Assembly: GCA_017436765.1 (NCBI GenBank)
Contig: JAFSCM010000079.1
Location: 1 to 44,207, forward strand
From: Oscillospiraceae bacterium
Lineage (GTDB): Bacteria; Bacillota; Clostridia; Oscillospirales; Ruminococcaceae
Length of the DNA: 44,207 nt
Direction of reading: 5' to 3'
Shown here: piece by piece, positions 27,434 to 36,407 of the stretch
Position numbering within the stretch: position 1 is the first letter of the stretch
Layout of the letters: each line of letters begins with the position of its first letter
Position numbers and translations under genes: made by a program
The notes under the pieces: model-generated
What the model saw: only the letters and a program-made list of their open reading frames with translations
Databases searched by the model: none
Told to the model about the DNA's origin: nothing

Positions 27434-28126
27434 TTATTCTTCACGTGGGTCGATGTACTTGGCAGCTTCGTCATATCTGCCGTAAGTACCTGTGTTTTTG
27501 TCCAGAGCTGTCTGTGGGTCAACGCCGTGACGGATATCTTCCATCATTTTGCCAAGACGAACGAATTTGTAACCGATAGCTTCATCGTTTTCGTCAAGAG
27601 CGATGGACATAATGTAACCTTCAACCATTTCAAGGTATCTTACACCCTTTGGTTTGGAGGAGTAGATTGTAGCAGTCTGGCTTCTGAGACCTTTGCCAAG
27701 GTCTTCAAGACCTGCGCCTACAGGAAGACCGTTTTCGGAGAAAGCAGTCTGTGTTCTGCCGTATGCAAGCTGTTTGAAGATTTCTCTCATAGCTACATTG
27801 ATAGCGTCACAAACAAGGTCTGTGTTGAGTGCTTCAAGCAGTGTTTTACCAGGGAGAATTTCACCTGCCATAGCAGCAGAGTGTGTCATACCGGAACAGC
27901 CGATTGTTTCAACAAGAGCTTCCTGGATGATGCCTTCTTTAACATTAAGAGTAAGTTTACATGTACCCTGCTGTGGAGCACACCAGCCGATACCGTGAGA
28001 CAAACCGCTTATATCCTTGATTTCATAAACTTTTGTCCATGCGCCTTCCTGAGGAATAGGAGCAGGACCGTGGTCGCAACCTTTTGATACTTTACACATT
28101 CTTTCTACTTCATGTGAATATACCAT
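27434..28126 (-). CDS. NifU/IscU-like Fe-S scaffold-domain protein with a C-terminal extension of about 100 aa
   Basis: 230 aa ORF with RBS AAAGGAGAG. Its IscU-like core (GIGWCAPQQGTCKLTLNVKEGIIQEALVETIGCSGMTHSAAMAGEILPGKTLLEAL) has conserved cysteines. It lies 14 nt upstream of the GGGtGRT gene. Confidence 0.75.
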   Translation of the reverse strand: MVYSHEVERMCKVSKGCDHGPAPIPQEGAWTKVYEIKDISGLSHGIGWCAPQQGTCKLTLNVKEGIIQEALVETIGCSGMTHSAAMAGEILPGKTLLEALNTDLVCDAINVAMREIFKQLAYGRTQTAFSENGLPVGAGLEDLGKGLRSQTATIYSSKPKGVRYLEMVEGYIMSIALDENDEAIGYKFVRLGKMMEDIRHGVDPQTALDKNTGTYGRYDEAAKYIDPREE

Positions 28127-28408
28127 AATAACTCTCCTTTGCGTGATTGATATTTATTTAACATCTATGCTATATTATAAGTGAACAGCACAGCTTTTTC
28201 AATGGCTTATTGTGTCAGTTTGTACAACGGTAATGAGACAATTATACAAATCTTTATATCACACACAATACCATTATTAATTATACATCAAACCGGTGAA
28301 AAATTAAAGAGAAAAGTTGTTTTTTATCTTAAATAATAGTATAATTCAGGTAGAAAAAGGGATAAAACTGTAAAAATATATATTGTTCTTTCCCCAAGGA
28401 GGTTTTTT

Positions 28409-28981
28409 ATGGAAATCAGATATACAGGGCAGAAATATTACGACATCGACCTTGCAGGCAGAGTTGAACGCCTGCCTATCACACCGGTTACACCAACCTT
28501 GCATATTGCAGGCTTTGTACTGCTTGGCAACACCAATCTTACAAACTACTGTGCAAGAATTCTCGGAGAAAAAATCAAGGATGTTGATTTTGACTATATT
28601 GTATGTCCTGAGGCCAAAACACTGCCGCTGGCACAGAGTCTGTGCACATATCTTGGCGAGAAGGAATTTGTTGTTTTCCGCAAAGGCGCAAAGGCATATA
28701 TGGTTGATCCTATTGTTACAGAAGTTAAATCCATCACCACAGCAGCTTCCCAGCTTATGGTAGTGGACGGTGTTGATGCAGCAAAAATCAAGGGTAAAAA
28801 GGTTCTGATTCTTGATGATGTTGTTTCCACAGGCGGCACCTTCAAGGCTATGGAAGAACTGCTGGAAAGAATAGGCTGCCAGGTTGTGGCCTATGCTACA
28901 GTGCTTAAAGAAGGTCAGGACTTCAATAAGGACAACCTGTACTATATTCAGGACCTGCCTCTCTGGATTGGTGCACTTTAA
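28409..28981 (+). CDS. Type I phosphoribosyltransferase-family protein (Xpt/Apt-like)
   Basis: 190 aa ORF with RBS AAGGAGG and PRPP-binding motif KVLILDDVVSTGGT. The overall layout resembles xanthine/adenine PRTases. Confidence 0.75.
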   Translation: MEIRYTGQKYYDIDLAGRVERLPITPVTPTLHIAGFVLLGNTNLTNYCARILGEKIKDVDFDYIVCPEAKTLPLAQSLCTYLGEKEFVVFRKGAKAYMVDPIVTEVKSITTAASQLMVVDGVDAAKIKGKKVLILDDVVSTGGTFKAMEELLERIGCQVVAYATVLKEGQDFNKDNLYYIQDLPLWIGAL

Positions 28982-28997
28982 TTGAACAGCTATTTTG

Positions 28998-29025
28998 CAG
29001 GGACAGTACTGTCCCTGTTTTTTTA
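28998..29025 (+). terminator. Rho-independent terminator
   Basis: CAGGGACAGTACTGTCCCTG (perfect palindromic hairpin) followed by TTTTTTT. Confidence 0.85.
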
Positions 29026-29086
29026 TTCACAAAATGTTGAAGTTGACTGAAAATACTGCAAAATTTTACAATTTTTTAATATATTA

Positions 29087-29116
29087 TTGACATATTACAT
29101 ATATAAATGTTAAAAT
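29087..29116 (+). promoter_or_regulatory. pot operon promoter (extended -10)
   Basis: TTGACA (29087-29092), then TGtTAAAAT with the -10 at 29111-29116 and an 18-nt spacer. Confidence 0.6.
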
Positions 29117-29121
29117 TAAGT

Positions 29122-29507
29122 GTCTCAATTGGAAAGGTATTTCCAAAGCAAGATACCGACCGCTGATTTATCAGCCAAGGCCATACGGACAGCCGGGTCG
29201 AATGCCGCAAACTGCGTAAAGGCAGTTGGCAACTTCTGTTGCCTTATTGATTGAGTTAAAAGCTAAAGTTTTATAAGTTGGTGACTATAAACCGGATGCC
29301 AGAGGGGCATTATAACTTGTGAAATGGTCAATAAGAGTAGTAAAAGTAATCTTTGCTATATAGACTCTGAACCCATTGAGATGCAGCCAGTTTTATATAT
29401 TTTTAATGGTATTGCAATAATCTTTGTTACAAGTGGTATACCCTTTGGGGTATACCTTTTTTGTTGCTGTAATAATTCTTTGGCTGTTAAGAGGGGAAAT
29501 ATATATT
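29122..29507 (+). promoter_or_regulatory. Long structured 5' leader of potA with an intrinsic terminator (candidate attenuator or riboswitch, class not recognised)
   Basis: About 385 nt lie between the predicted promoter and the potA ATG. Hairpins are nested between CTCAAT (about 29124) and ATTGAG (about 29250). The terminator GGTATACCC-tttg-GGGTATACC followed by T6 at 29435-29462 lies 45 nt before the start codon. Confidence 0.55.
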
Positions 29508-30623
29508 ATGAAGAAGATTATCGAGCTTAAAAATATTTCAAAGGCTTTTGACGGAGATACGGTTCTCAACAACATAAGCCTTGATATTTATGACAATGAA
29601 TTTCTCACACTGCTTGGTCCGTCAGGCTGCGGCAAGACAACACTGCTGCGTATTATCAGCGGTTTTGTACATCCTGATGACGGTGAAGTTGTGTTTATGG
29701 GCGATGATATAACAGACCTTCCTCCGCACAAAAGAAATGTAAATACAGTATTCCAGAAATACGCACTTTTCCCGCATCTCAATGTTTATGAAAATGTTGC
29801 ATTTCCTCTGAGAGAAAAAAAGGTGCCTAAAGACGAGATAGATAAAAAGGTTAAAGAGATGCTCAAGCTGGTTATGCTTTCCGGTTTTGAAAAGCGCAAT
29901 GTTACCAGTCTTTCAGGCGGTCAGCAGCAGCGTGTTGCCATCGCAAGAGCACTTGTTAATCATCCTAAAGTACTTCTTCTGGACGAGCCGCTCAGCGCAC
30001 TTGACCTTAAACTCAGAAAGGATATGCAGCAGGAGCTTAAAAACATCCAGAAATCCACAGGTATCACCTTCGTTTTTGTTACACACGACCAGGAAGAAGC
30101 TCTCAGTATGTCCGACACTATTGTTGTTATGAGCGAGGGTGTAATCCAGCAGATAGGCACACCTGTAGACATCTACAACGAACCTGAAAACGCATTTGTT
30201 GCAGACTTTATCGGCGAAAGTAACATCATTGACGGTGTTATGGTCAGGGATGGCGAAGCCCGTTTCTCAGGTCAGACATTCCCTTGTCTGGATAAAGGCT
30301 TTGCGCCAAAAGAACCTGTTGATATCGTTATCCGTCCTGAAGATGTTGATATTGTACCGGTGGAAAAGGGTATGCTGGAGGGCATTGTAACATCCGTTAC
30401 ATTTATGGGTGTTCACTACGAAATCATCGTGGATGTTAAAGGCTTTAAATGGATGATACAGACAACAGACTTTGTTGATGTGGATGAACACATCGGTATC
30501 TTCCTTGAACCTGATGCAATCCATGTTATGAAAAAGTCCAAATACTCCGGTATGTTCGGCGACTACTCTTCCTTCTCCGACGAACTTGAACAGCTTTCTG
30601 TGGGAGGTAATGAAGAAGAATGA
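29508..30623 (+). CDS. potA: Spermidine/putrescine ABC transporter ATP-binding protein
   Basis: The ATG at 29508 follows RBS GAGGGG (the track ORF extends upstream through the terminator). It has Walker [10 protein letters not shown], signature LSGGQQQRV, Walker B LLLDEP and a C-terminal TOBE-like domain. Confidence 0.9.
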   Translation: MKKIIELKNISKAFDGDTVLNNISLDIYDNEFLTLLGPSGCGKTTLLRIISGFVHPDDGEVVFMGDDITDLPPHKRNVNTVFQKYALFPHLNVYENVAFPLREKKVPKDEIDKKVKEMLKLVMLSGFEKRNVTSLSGGQQQRVAIARALVNHPKVLLLDEPLSALDLKLRKDMQQELKNIQKSTGITFVFVTHDQEEALSMSDTIVVMSEGVIQQIGTPVDIYNEPENAFVADFIGESNIIDGVMVRDGEARFSGQTFPCLDKGFAPKEPVDIVIRPEDVDIVPVEKGMLEGIVTSVTFMGVHYEIIVDVKGFKWMIQTTDFVDVDEHIGIFLEPDAIHVMKKSKYSGMFGDYSSFSDELEQLSVGGNEEE

Positions 30624-31498
30624 AAAACGGCCTCAAAAAGGGCAACAGCACAACAAGAATGCTGCTGGCACCATATTCACTGTGGTCGGTAATATTCATT
30701 GTTGTTCCTTTGCTTTTTATTGCGTACTACGCGTTTACAGACAACAATTTCAATTTCACACTTGAAAATATAACAAGATTCTTTACAGCAACAAGTCAGC
30801 TTACAGCAGATGACGGCACAGTGACAGAAGTGCGCACATATCTGATGATATTCATGCGCTCCCTCAAACTTGCAATCATTTCCACTGTAATCTGTCTCGG
30901 TATGGGCTATCCTCTTGCATACATTATGGCAAGAGCGGAAGAAAAAACACAGAGAATTATGATGACACTCATTATGATTCCAATGTGGATGAACTTCCTT
31001 ATCCGTACCTATGCATGGATGACAATCCTGCAGGATACAGGTATTTTCAACAGCATTCTCGGCGTTTTCGGCATCGACCCTGTGCACATTATCGGTACAG
31101 AAGGTGCGGTTGTAATCGGTATGGTATATGACTATTTCCCGTATATGGTGCTTCCGATCTACTCCATTATGGCAAAGATGGACATCCGCCTTATAGAAGC
31201 TGCACACGACCTTGGCTGCAACAGCCTTGCAACTTTGCGCCGTGTAATCTTCCCGCTCAGCCTTCCCGGTGTTATGAGCGGCATAACAATGGTTCTGATT
31301 CCTTCAATCAGTACCTTCTATATTTCACAGAAACTCGGTAACGGTAAATTCTTCCTTATCGGTGACGCTATCGAAGGTCAGTATGTGGCAAACAACCTGC
31401 ACTTTGCAGCAGCGATTGCATTTATCCTCATGATAATCCTGCTTGTATGTATGGGTATTGCAAACTACTTCACCTCCAGAAGAGTATACGGGGGGTAA
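30620..31498 (+). CDS. potB: Spermidine/putrescine ABC transporter permease
   Basis: 292 aa ORF with 6 TM helices and the EAA loop ([26 protein letters not shown]). An ATGA overlap couples it to potA. Confidence 0.9.
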   Translation: MKNGLKKGNSTTRMLLAPYSLWSVIFIVVPLLFIAYYAFTDNNFNFTLENITRFFTATSQLTADDGTVTEVRTYLMIFMRSLKLAIISTVICLGMGYPLAYIMARAEEKTQRIMMTLIMIPMWMNFLIRTYAWMTILQDTGIFNSILGVFGIDPVHIIGTEGAVVIGMVYDYFPYMVLPIYSIMAKMDIRLIEAAHDLGCNSLATLRRVIFPLSLPGVMSGITMVLIPSISTFYISQKLGNGKFFLIGDAIEGQYVANNLHFAAAIAFILMIILLVCMGIANYFTSRRVYGG

Positions 31499-31504
31499 GC
31501 AGAG

Positions 31505-33466
31505 ATGAAAAAATCAGCATCAAGAATTTATACAGCCATAATATTTGCCTTCCTGTTTGCACCTATTATCATACTTCTGATATTCTCATTTAATGAAGGC
31601 AAGAGCCTTTCTGTTTTTACAGGCTTCTCGCTGAAGTGGTATAAGGAACTGTTCAACGACGCAAATACACTGGAAGCCCTTAAAAACTCACTTGTGCTTG
31701 CATTCTCCGCAACAGCAATATCGGTGTTTCTCGGCACAATGGCATCGGTTGGCATCAACAAGCTGCGCAGCCGATGGTACAGAACAGCAATTGATACAGT
31801 GACAAATATCCCTATGACAAATCCGGATATTATCACAGGTATCTCCCTTATGCTTATGTTTGTGTTTGTGGGCAGACTTTTCGGTGCTTCCACAAGCCTT
31901 AACTTCCTTACAATGCTCATCGCCCATGTTACATTCTGTCTGCCGTATGTAATTCTGCAGGTACTGCCGAAGCTGCAGCAGATGGACAAGTCCCTGGCAG
32001 AAGCGGCGATGGATCTGGGCTGCCCTCCGCTGAGAGCATTCTTCAAGGTTGAACTGCCTGAAATTATGCCTGGTATCATTACAGGTGCCATTATGGCATT
32101 TACAATGTCCCTTGACGACTTTGTAATCAGTTATTTTACAAGCGGCAACGGTTTCCAGACATTGCCAATCCGCATCTACGGTATGACTAAAAAGACAGTT
32201 ACACCAAAGATGTATGCCCTTGCAACAATCATATTCTTTGTAACACTTACCCTGCTGCTTATCAACAATATTGTTGACAACGAAGACAGTCAGAAACTCA
32301 AGGAAGCAAAACGCATCCAGAAGGGTGAAAAACCTGAAGGAGACTACAACCCAAGAAAACGCAATATGGCCCTTGCACTTGCGGGTGTGCTGGTTGTGGC
32401 ACTCACATTCGGTGCATTCAGCGGCAGCAGCGCGTCAAAAGAACTTAATGTTTACAACTGGGGCGAATATATCTCCGACGGCAGTGAAGGCAGCTTTGAT
32501 ACCATAAAAGAGTTTGAAAAATGGTATGAAGAAAATTACGGCGAAAAAATCACTGTAAACTACGACACTTTCGCATCCAACGAAGATATGTACAACAAAA
32601 TCTCCAGCGGTGCAGTAAGTTATGATATCATTATTCCGTCCGACTACATGATTGCACGCATGGCTTCTGAAGATATGCTGCTTCCGATTGATTTTGAAAA
32701 TATCCCTAACTATCAGTACATCGGCGAAGATTTCAAAGGTCTTTACTATGACCCTGACAATCAGTACACAGTGCCATACACATACGGTGTTGTTGGTGTT
32801 ATCTACGATGCAAATGTGGTTGATAAGGCCGACATCGGCGGATGGGATCTGCTGTGGAACGAAAAGTACGCAAACAAGATTGTTCAGTTCAACAACTCCC
32901 GTGACGCATTCGGTACAGCAATGTTCAAGCTGGGCATAGATGTAAACACAACCGATACGGCTCTGTGGGACAAAGCTCACGAAGAGATGATAAAACAGCG
33001 TCCGTTGGTTTACAGCTTTGTAATGGACGAAATCTTCAACATTATGCAGTCAGGCGAAGCATCAATCGGCGCTTACTATGCAGGCGACTACTTCACAATG
33101 ATGGAAGACCAGGCTGACGATGTGGACCTGCAGTTCTACTATCCTGAGCATACAAATATGTTTATCGACGCAATGTGTATTCCTTCCTGCGCACAGAACA
33201 AGGAACTTGCAGAAATATTCATCAACTATATGCTCGGCGAAGAAGCTGCAGTGGCAAATGCAGAATATACATACTATGCATCTCCAAACAGACTTGTATA
33301 TGAAAACGAAACATATATCGAGGATATGGGCGAAGAAACAGTGGAAATTCTCTATCCTGAATTTGAGGATTTTGCAGCAGAGTACAACCGGTATGCATAC
33401 CGCACACTCAGCACAGATATGCTCAGCTATCTCAACAGTCTTTGGGAAACTGTAAAAGTTAACTAA
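31505..33466 (+). CDS. potCD: Fused spermidine/putrescine ABC permease (PotC-like) and extracellular substrate-binding protein (PotD-like)
   Basis: 653 aa ORF. Residues 1 to about 265 are a 6-TM permease with EAA loop (AEAAMDLGCPPLRAFFKVELPE). A charged linker follows, then an extra TM (MALALAGVLVVALTFGAF) and a PotD-like domain of about 350 aa (LNVYNWGEYI..., IIIPSDYM). Confidence 0.85.
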   Translation: MKKSASRIYTAIIFAFLFAPIIILLIFSFNEGKSLSVFTGFSLKWYKELFNDANTLEALKNSLVLAFSATAISVFLGTMASVGINKLRSRWYRTAIDTVTNIPMTNPDIITGISLMLMFVFVGRLFGASTSLNFLTMLIAHVTFCLPYVILQVLPKLQQMDKSLAEAAMDLGCPPLRAFFKVELPEIMPGIITGAIMAFTMSLDDFVISYFTSGNGFQTLPIRIYGMTKKTVTPKMYALATIIFFVTLTLLLINNIVDNEDSQKLKEAKRIQKGEKPEGDYNPRKRNMALALAGVLVVALTFGAFSGSSASKELNVYNWGEYISDGSEGSFDTIKEFEKWYEENYGEKITVNYDTFASNEDMYNKISSGAVSYDIIIPSDYMIARMASEDMLLPIDFENIPNYQYIGEDFKGLYYDPDNQYTVPYTYGVVGVIYDANVVDKADIGGWDLLWNEKYANKIVQFNNSRDAFGTAMFKLGIDVNTTDTALWDKAHEEMIKQRPLVYSFVMDEIFNIMQSGEASIGAYYAGDYFTMMEDQADDVDLQFYYPEHTNMFIDAMCIPSCAQNKELAEIFINYMLGEEAAVANAEYTYYASPNRLVYENETYIEDMGEETVEILYPEFEDFAAEYNRYAYRTLSTDMLSYLNSLWETVKVN

Positions 33467-33476
33467 AATTAAAACA

Positions 33477-33524
33477 AGAGTACAGATTCTGGCCTTAAAC
33501 GGCATAAAATCTGTACTCTTTTTA
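33477..33524 (+). terminator. Rho-independent terminator of the pot operon
   Basis: AGAGTACAGATT-(19 nt)-AATCTGTACTCT followed by TTTTT. Confidence 0.8.
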
Positions 33525-33590
33525 TATTTCACTTGTAATTACATGTACAAAAAATGTATAATCTAAATAATAACTGTTATTGGAGATAAT

Positions 33591-34679
33591 ATGACGGCAG
33601 GTTTATATATACACATTCCGTTCTGCGTTAAAAAGTGCAATTACTGCGATTTTTACTCAAAGGGCGGAAACCTCACGGTAAGCGATGAATATGTCACTGC
33701 CGTGATAAGAGAGATAAAAAAATACAAGGGTATACAGTGGAAGACTGTCTACTTCGGCGGCGGCACACCAAGCCTGCTTACACCGCAGCAGGTAAAGGAT
33801 ATTTTGCTGTCTGCAGATGTGATGGAAAATGCAGAGATAACACTTGAGGCAAATCCCGAAACGGTGACCTTTGAAAAGCTGAAAGGGTTCAGAGAGGCAG
33901 GCGTGAACAGATTGTCTTTCGGCGTTCAGACAGCCAATCAGAAAAGCCTTGAAACACTGGGAAGGATACATTCAAACCGTAAGGTGGCAGAAGCCTTTGA
34001 AAATGCAAAAGCAGCAGGTTTTACCAATATCAGCGGAGATGTAATGATAGGTCTGCCCGATTACAGCAACAGGGAACTTGACGATACGGTGGAGCTGCTG
34101 GCGCAGCTTGAAGCAACGCATATATCATCGTATATGCTTAAAATTGAAGAAGGAACACCATTTGCAGTCAATACGCCGCAGAATATTCCCGATGATGACA
34201 GAATGAGCGACTTTTATCTTTATGCCTGCGAAAAGATAGAAAGTATGGGATATAAACAGTACGAGATATCCAACTTTGCAAAACCGGGGTATGAATCAAA
34301 GCACAACAGCATCTACTGGAAGCTGGAAGATTATGTGGGTATCGGCCCGTCAGCACACAGCTGCCTTGAGGGAAAGCGCTTTTATTATCCGCGGGATGTA
34401 GGTGCATTTATGACAAATCCGCAGACAGTTGAAGACGGAGAAGTTGATGTGGATGAATTTATAATGCTGTCGCTGCGGCTGAAAAAAGGTCTTGACCTGA
34501 CCGAACTTAAAGAAAAATGGGGCAGGGAACTGACTCGGTTACAGTATAAAAAACTTAAAATACTTGAAAATCAGGGCTATATAATCTTTGAAAACAACAC
34601 CATATCCCTTACACCAAAGGGCTTTCTTATGGAAAATGCCATAGCCTGTGAGATTATGATGTGTCAAAATGGAGGTTAA
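33591..34679 (+). CDS. hemW: Radical SAM heme chaperone HemW (coproporphyrinogen III oxidase-like)
   Basis: 362 aa ORF. The N-terminus LYIHIPFCVKKCNYCDF has the CxxxCxxC motif. Other motifs are GGGTPS and the C-terminal HemN-C-like region. Confidence 0.85.
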   Translation: MTAGLYIHIPFCVKKCNYCDFYSKGGNLTVSDEYVTAVIREIKKYKGIQWKTVYFGGGTPSLLTPQQVKDILLSADVMENAEITLEANPETVTFEKLKGFREAGVNRLSFGVQTANQKSLETLGRIHSNRKVAEAFENAKAAGFTNISGDVMIGLPDYSNRELDDTVELLAQLEATHISSYMLKIEEGTPFAVNTPQNIPDDDRMSDFYLYACEKIESMGYKQYEISNFAKPGYESKHNSIYWKLEDYVGIGPSAHSCLEGKRFYYPRDVGAFMTNPQTVEDGEVDVDEFIMLSLRLKKGLDLTELKEKWGRELTRLQYKKLKILENQGYIIFENNTISLTPKGFLMENAIACEIMMCQNGG

Positions 34680-34683
34680 AGCT

Positions 34684-34914
34684 ATGAATAAATTTTTATA
34701 CAGACTGGCAAGCATCATCACATTTATTCTTGCAATTGTATGTTTTGCTGCAATAACCGCAGTCAAAGGCGGAGGTTTTATAGACCTTAGCAATCTCGCA
34801 AGATATGCCCTTGCATCACTTGGGGCAGTATTTGCAATAATATCAGTGGTAACATCTATGCAGCTTAAGCTGATAAAAAGAAAAGAAGAAAAAGAGAAGC
34901 AGAATAATAATTAA
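34684..34914 (+). CDS. Hypothetical small 2-TM membrane protein (paralog of the next gene)
   Basis: The ATG at 34684 lies 8 nt after GGAGG. The 76 aa product has two hydrophobic helices and a K/E-rich tail. Confidence 0.55.
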   Translation: MNKFLYRLASIITFILAIVCFAAITAVKGGGFIDLSNLARYALASLGAVFAIISVVTSMQLKLIKRKEEKEKQNNN

Positions 34915-34926
34915 AGGAGATATATT

Positions 34927-35142
34927 ATGGGCAGAAGAATATTTTTGAAACTTACAAACTGGATTTCAACCGTTGTACTGGTTGTTTGCTTTATCTTTGC
35001 GATAAAAGGCGGACAGATGATTGAATTTTTCAACCTTGATCTTACCAATGTGCCAAGAATAGGCTTTATAATAGCAGGACTGGTTGCAGCTGCAGTATGC
35101 GTTGCATCAGATTTTTACGGCAAGCTTGCAGGCAACAAATAA
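34927..35142 (+). CDS. Hypothetical small 2-TM membrane protein (paralog of the previous gene)
   Basis: 71 aa ORF with RBS AAAGGAG. It shares the pattern VCF..AIKGG....F.NL... and the topology of the upstream ORF. Confidence 0.55.
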   Translation: MGRRIFLKLTNWISTVVLVVCFIFAIKGGQMIEFFNLDLTNVPRIGFIIAGLVAAAVCVASDFYGKLAGNK

Positions 35143-35182
35143 AAATTAAATTCACTGTCAGAAAAGTGTAATCAGTAAATGA

Positions 35183-35228
35183 AACCCGTTGACTTTGTAC
35201 AATGTACAGAATCAACGGGTTGTTTTGT
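35183..35228 (+). terminator. Rho-independent terminator
   Basis: AACCCGTTGA-(19 nt)-TCAACGGGTT followed by GTTTTGTT. Confidence 0.7.
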
Positions 35229-35321
35229 TATATATAATGTGATGAAATAGTGGAGGTGACTAAAAATATAAAAAATGCGTTAAGTATTTAATTTAGGAAG
35301 ATGCCTTTAAAGGCAGCACAG

Positions 35322-35546
35322 CTATTTTACCTTTTTTGCTTTTCTGCTGTTTTTTAATTCGTCAATGGCTTCCTTGTCGATCCATTCTTCTGTAAAACCG
35401 CAGCTGCAGCAGATATATCTGTTGACAGGAATACAGGACAATGCCGTTAAACCGGTAAGAATATTATTGCCGTAATCCCCGCTGCTGCCATCAAATCGTA
35501 TAATATCGTTGCTGCCGCATTTTGGGCAGGTTTTGGTATTTTTCAT
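35322..35546 (-). CDS. Small zinc-ribbon protein
   Basis: 74 aa ORF with two CxxC pairs (CPKCGS ... CCSCGF). It lies 48 nt downstream of the repressor gene on the same strand. Confidence 0.6.
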   Translation of the reverse strand: MKNTKTCPKCGSNDIIRFDGSSGDYGNNILTGLTALSCIPVNRYICCSCGFTEEWIDKEAIDELKNSRKAKKVK

Positions 35547-35594
35547 AAAATTAACCTATACAAAAATATAATTATAAAAGGCAATAAAACCAAC

Positions 35595-36221
35595 TTACCA
35601 TTTTGTCTTTGTTTCTACAACCTTGCCTGCAATATAAACATTGTTCAGGTCCTCACCGCTGATGATTTTAGGTTCATAATCAGGGTTGAAAGGTGAGAGG
35701 ATAATTGTATTGCCGCGGCGGCTGAATTTTTTCAGTGTGCCTTCGTTGTCACCGTAAACAATAACGCCAAGGTCGCCGTCGTTAAGTGTTGGTTGCTTGT
35801 GTACAAGTGCAAGGTCGCCGTCCTTGATGCGGGGTTCCATACTGTCGCCTTTTACGATAAGGTAGAAATATTCATCAGGATTTCTTACATTTGCATATTC
35901 AACGCCGTAGTCATCGTTATATGCAAGGGAGTTGTAGCCTGCGCGCACAGTGCCGATAACAGGGATGCCGTAGCCCTCATCTTCATATTCCACTTCAAAA
36001 GGAAAACTGTTTGCTATTGAAACAGCAGTTTCCCTGCCAAGAAGAAAATCCACACTTGTTTTGAAAATTTCCGCAAGTTTCTGCAATGTATCACTGTCAG
36101 GTGTGCTTTTGCCTGTTTCCCACTTGCCGATTGCCTGCTGGGTAACCTTAAGCTGCTTTGCAAGCTCTGCCTGACTCATCTTATATTCTTTACGCAAACT
36201 TTTAATCTGCTGGCTGAACAT
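35595..36221 (-). CDS. XRE-type HTH / S24 peptidase (phage CI / LexA-like self-cleaving) repressor
   Basis: The ATG at 36221 follows RBS GGTGGTG (the track ORF extends to 36266). The N-terminal HTH is MSQAELAKQLKVTQQAIGKWETGKSTP. The C-terminal S24 fold has GDSMEP and a downstream Lys (LKKF). Confidence 0.85.
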   Translation of the reverse strand: MFSQQIKSLRKEYKMSQAELAKQLKVTQQAIGKWETGKSTPDSDTLQKLAEIFKTSVDFLLGRETAVSIANSFPFEVEYEDEGYGIPVIGTVRAGYNSLAYNDDYGVEYANVRNPDEYFYLIVKGDSMEPRIKDGDLALVHKQPTLNDGDLGVIVYGDNEGTLKKFSRRGNTIILSPFNPDYEPKIISGEDLNNVYIAGKVVETKTKW

Positions 36222-36282
36222 AAATTCACCACCTATAGTTGTTATTTTACATTTATTATACAACAAGAATTATAGTTTGTAA

Positions 36283-36383
36283 ACAACCAAAAGTAGTTAT
36301 TTTTACAAAAAATGTCAAAATAAGTGTTGACAACAACTTTTGGTTGTGATACTATAAAACCGAGGAAACAACCGATAGTTGTA
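36283..36383. promoter_or_regulatory. Divergent promoter and operator region of the repressor switch
   Basis: A perfect 12-bp inverted repeat pairs ACAACCAAAAGT (36283-36294) with ACTTTTGGTTGT (36336-36347). The right arm sits in the spacer of TTGACA(36327)-17 nt-TACTAT(36350). The left arm abuts the minus-strand TTTACA-17 nt-TATAAT. A third related site, AAACAACCGATAGTTG, is at 36367-36382. Confidence 0.65.
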
Positions 36384-36407
36384 AAATGGTTGTTAATGGT
36401 GAGTATT

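Noticed and set aside
28127-28408. Riboswitch in the 282-bp divergent region between the NifU-like gene and the phosphoribosyltransferase gene
   Set aside because: Good promoters can be placed within about 50-70 nt of each start codon. This leaves short, AT-rich, unstructured 5' UTRs.
29122-29507. T-box leader, or a known riboswitch class, in front of potA
   Set aside because: I found no T-box sequence (GGTGGTACCGCG-like), no specifier/GA-motif arrangement and no match by eye to TPP, SAM, lysine, glycine, cobalamin, guanidine-I, ZTP, M-box or ydaO cores. The leader is kept as an unclassified candidate in the findings.
29324-29530. 68-aa ORF in the pot leader, as a real gene
   Set aside because: The nearest purine-rich stretch (AGAGGGG) lies 16 nt from the ATG, too far to serve as an RBS. 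The ORF overlaps the terminator and the potA start. I retain it only as a speculative attenuation uORF.
35595-36221. Canonical SOS regulator LexA
   Set aside because: The N-terminal domain is an XRE-type HTH rather than the LexA winged helix. The operators (ACAACCAAAAGT) do not resemble the Firmicute SOS box (CGAAC-N4-GTTCG).
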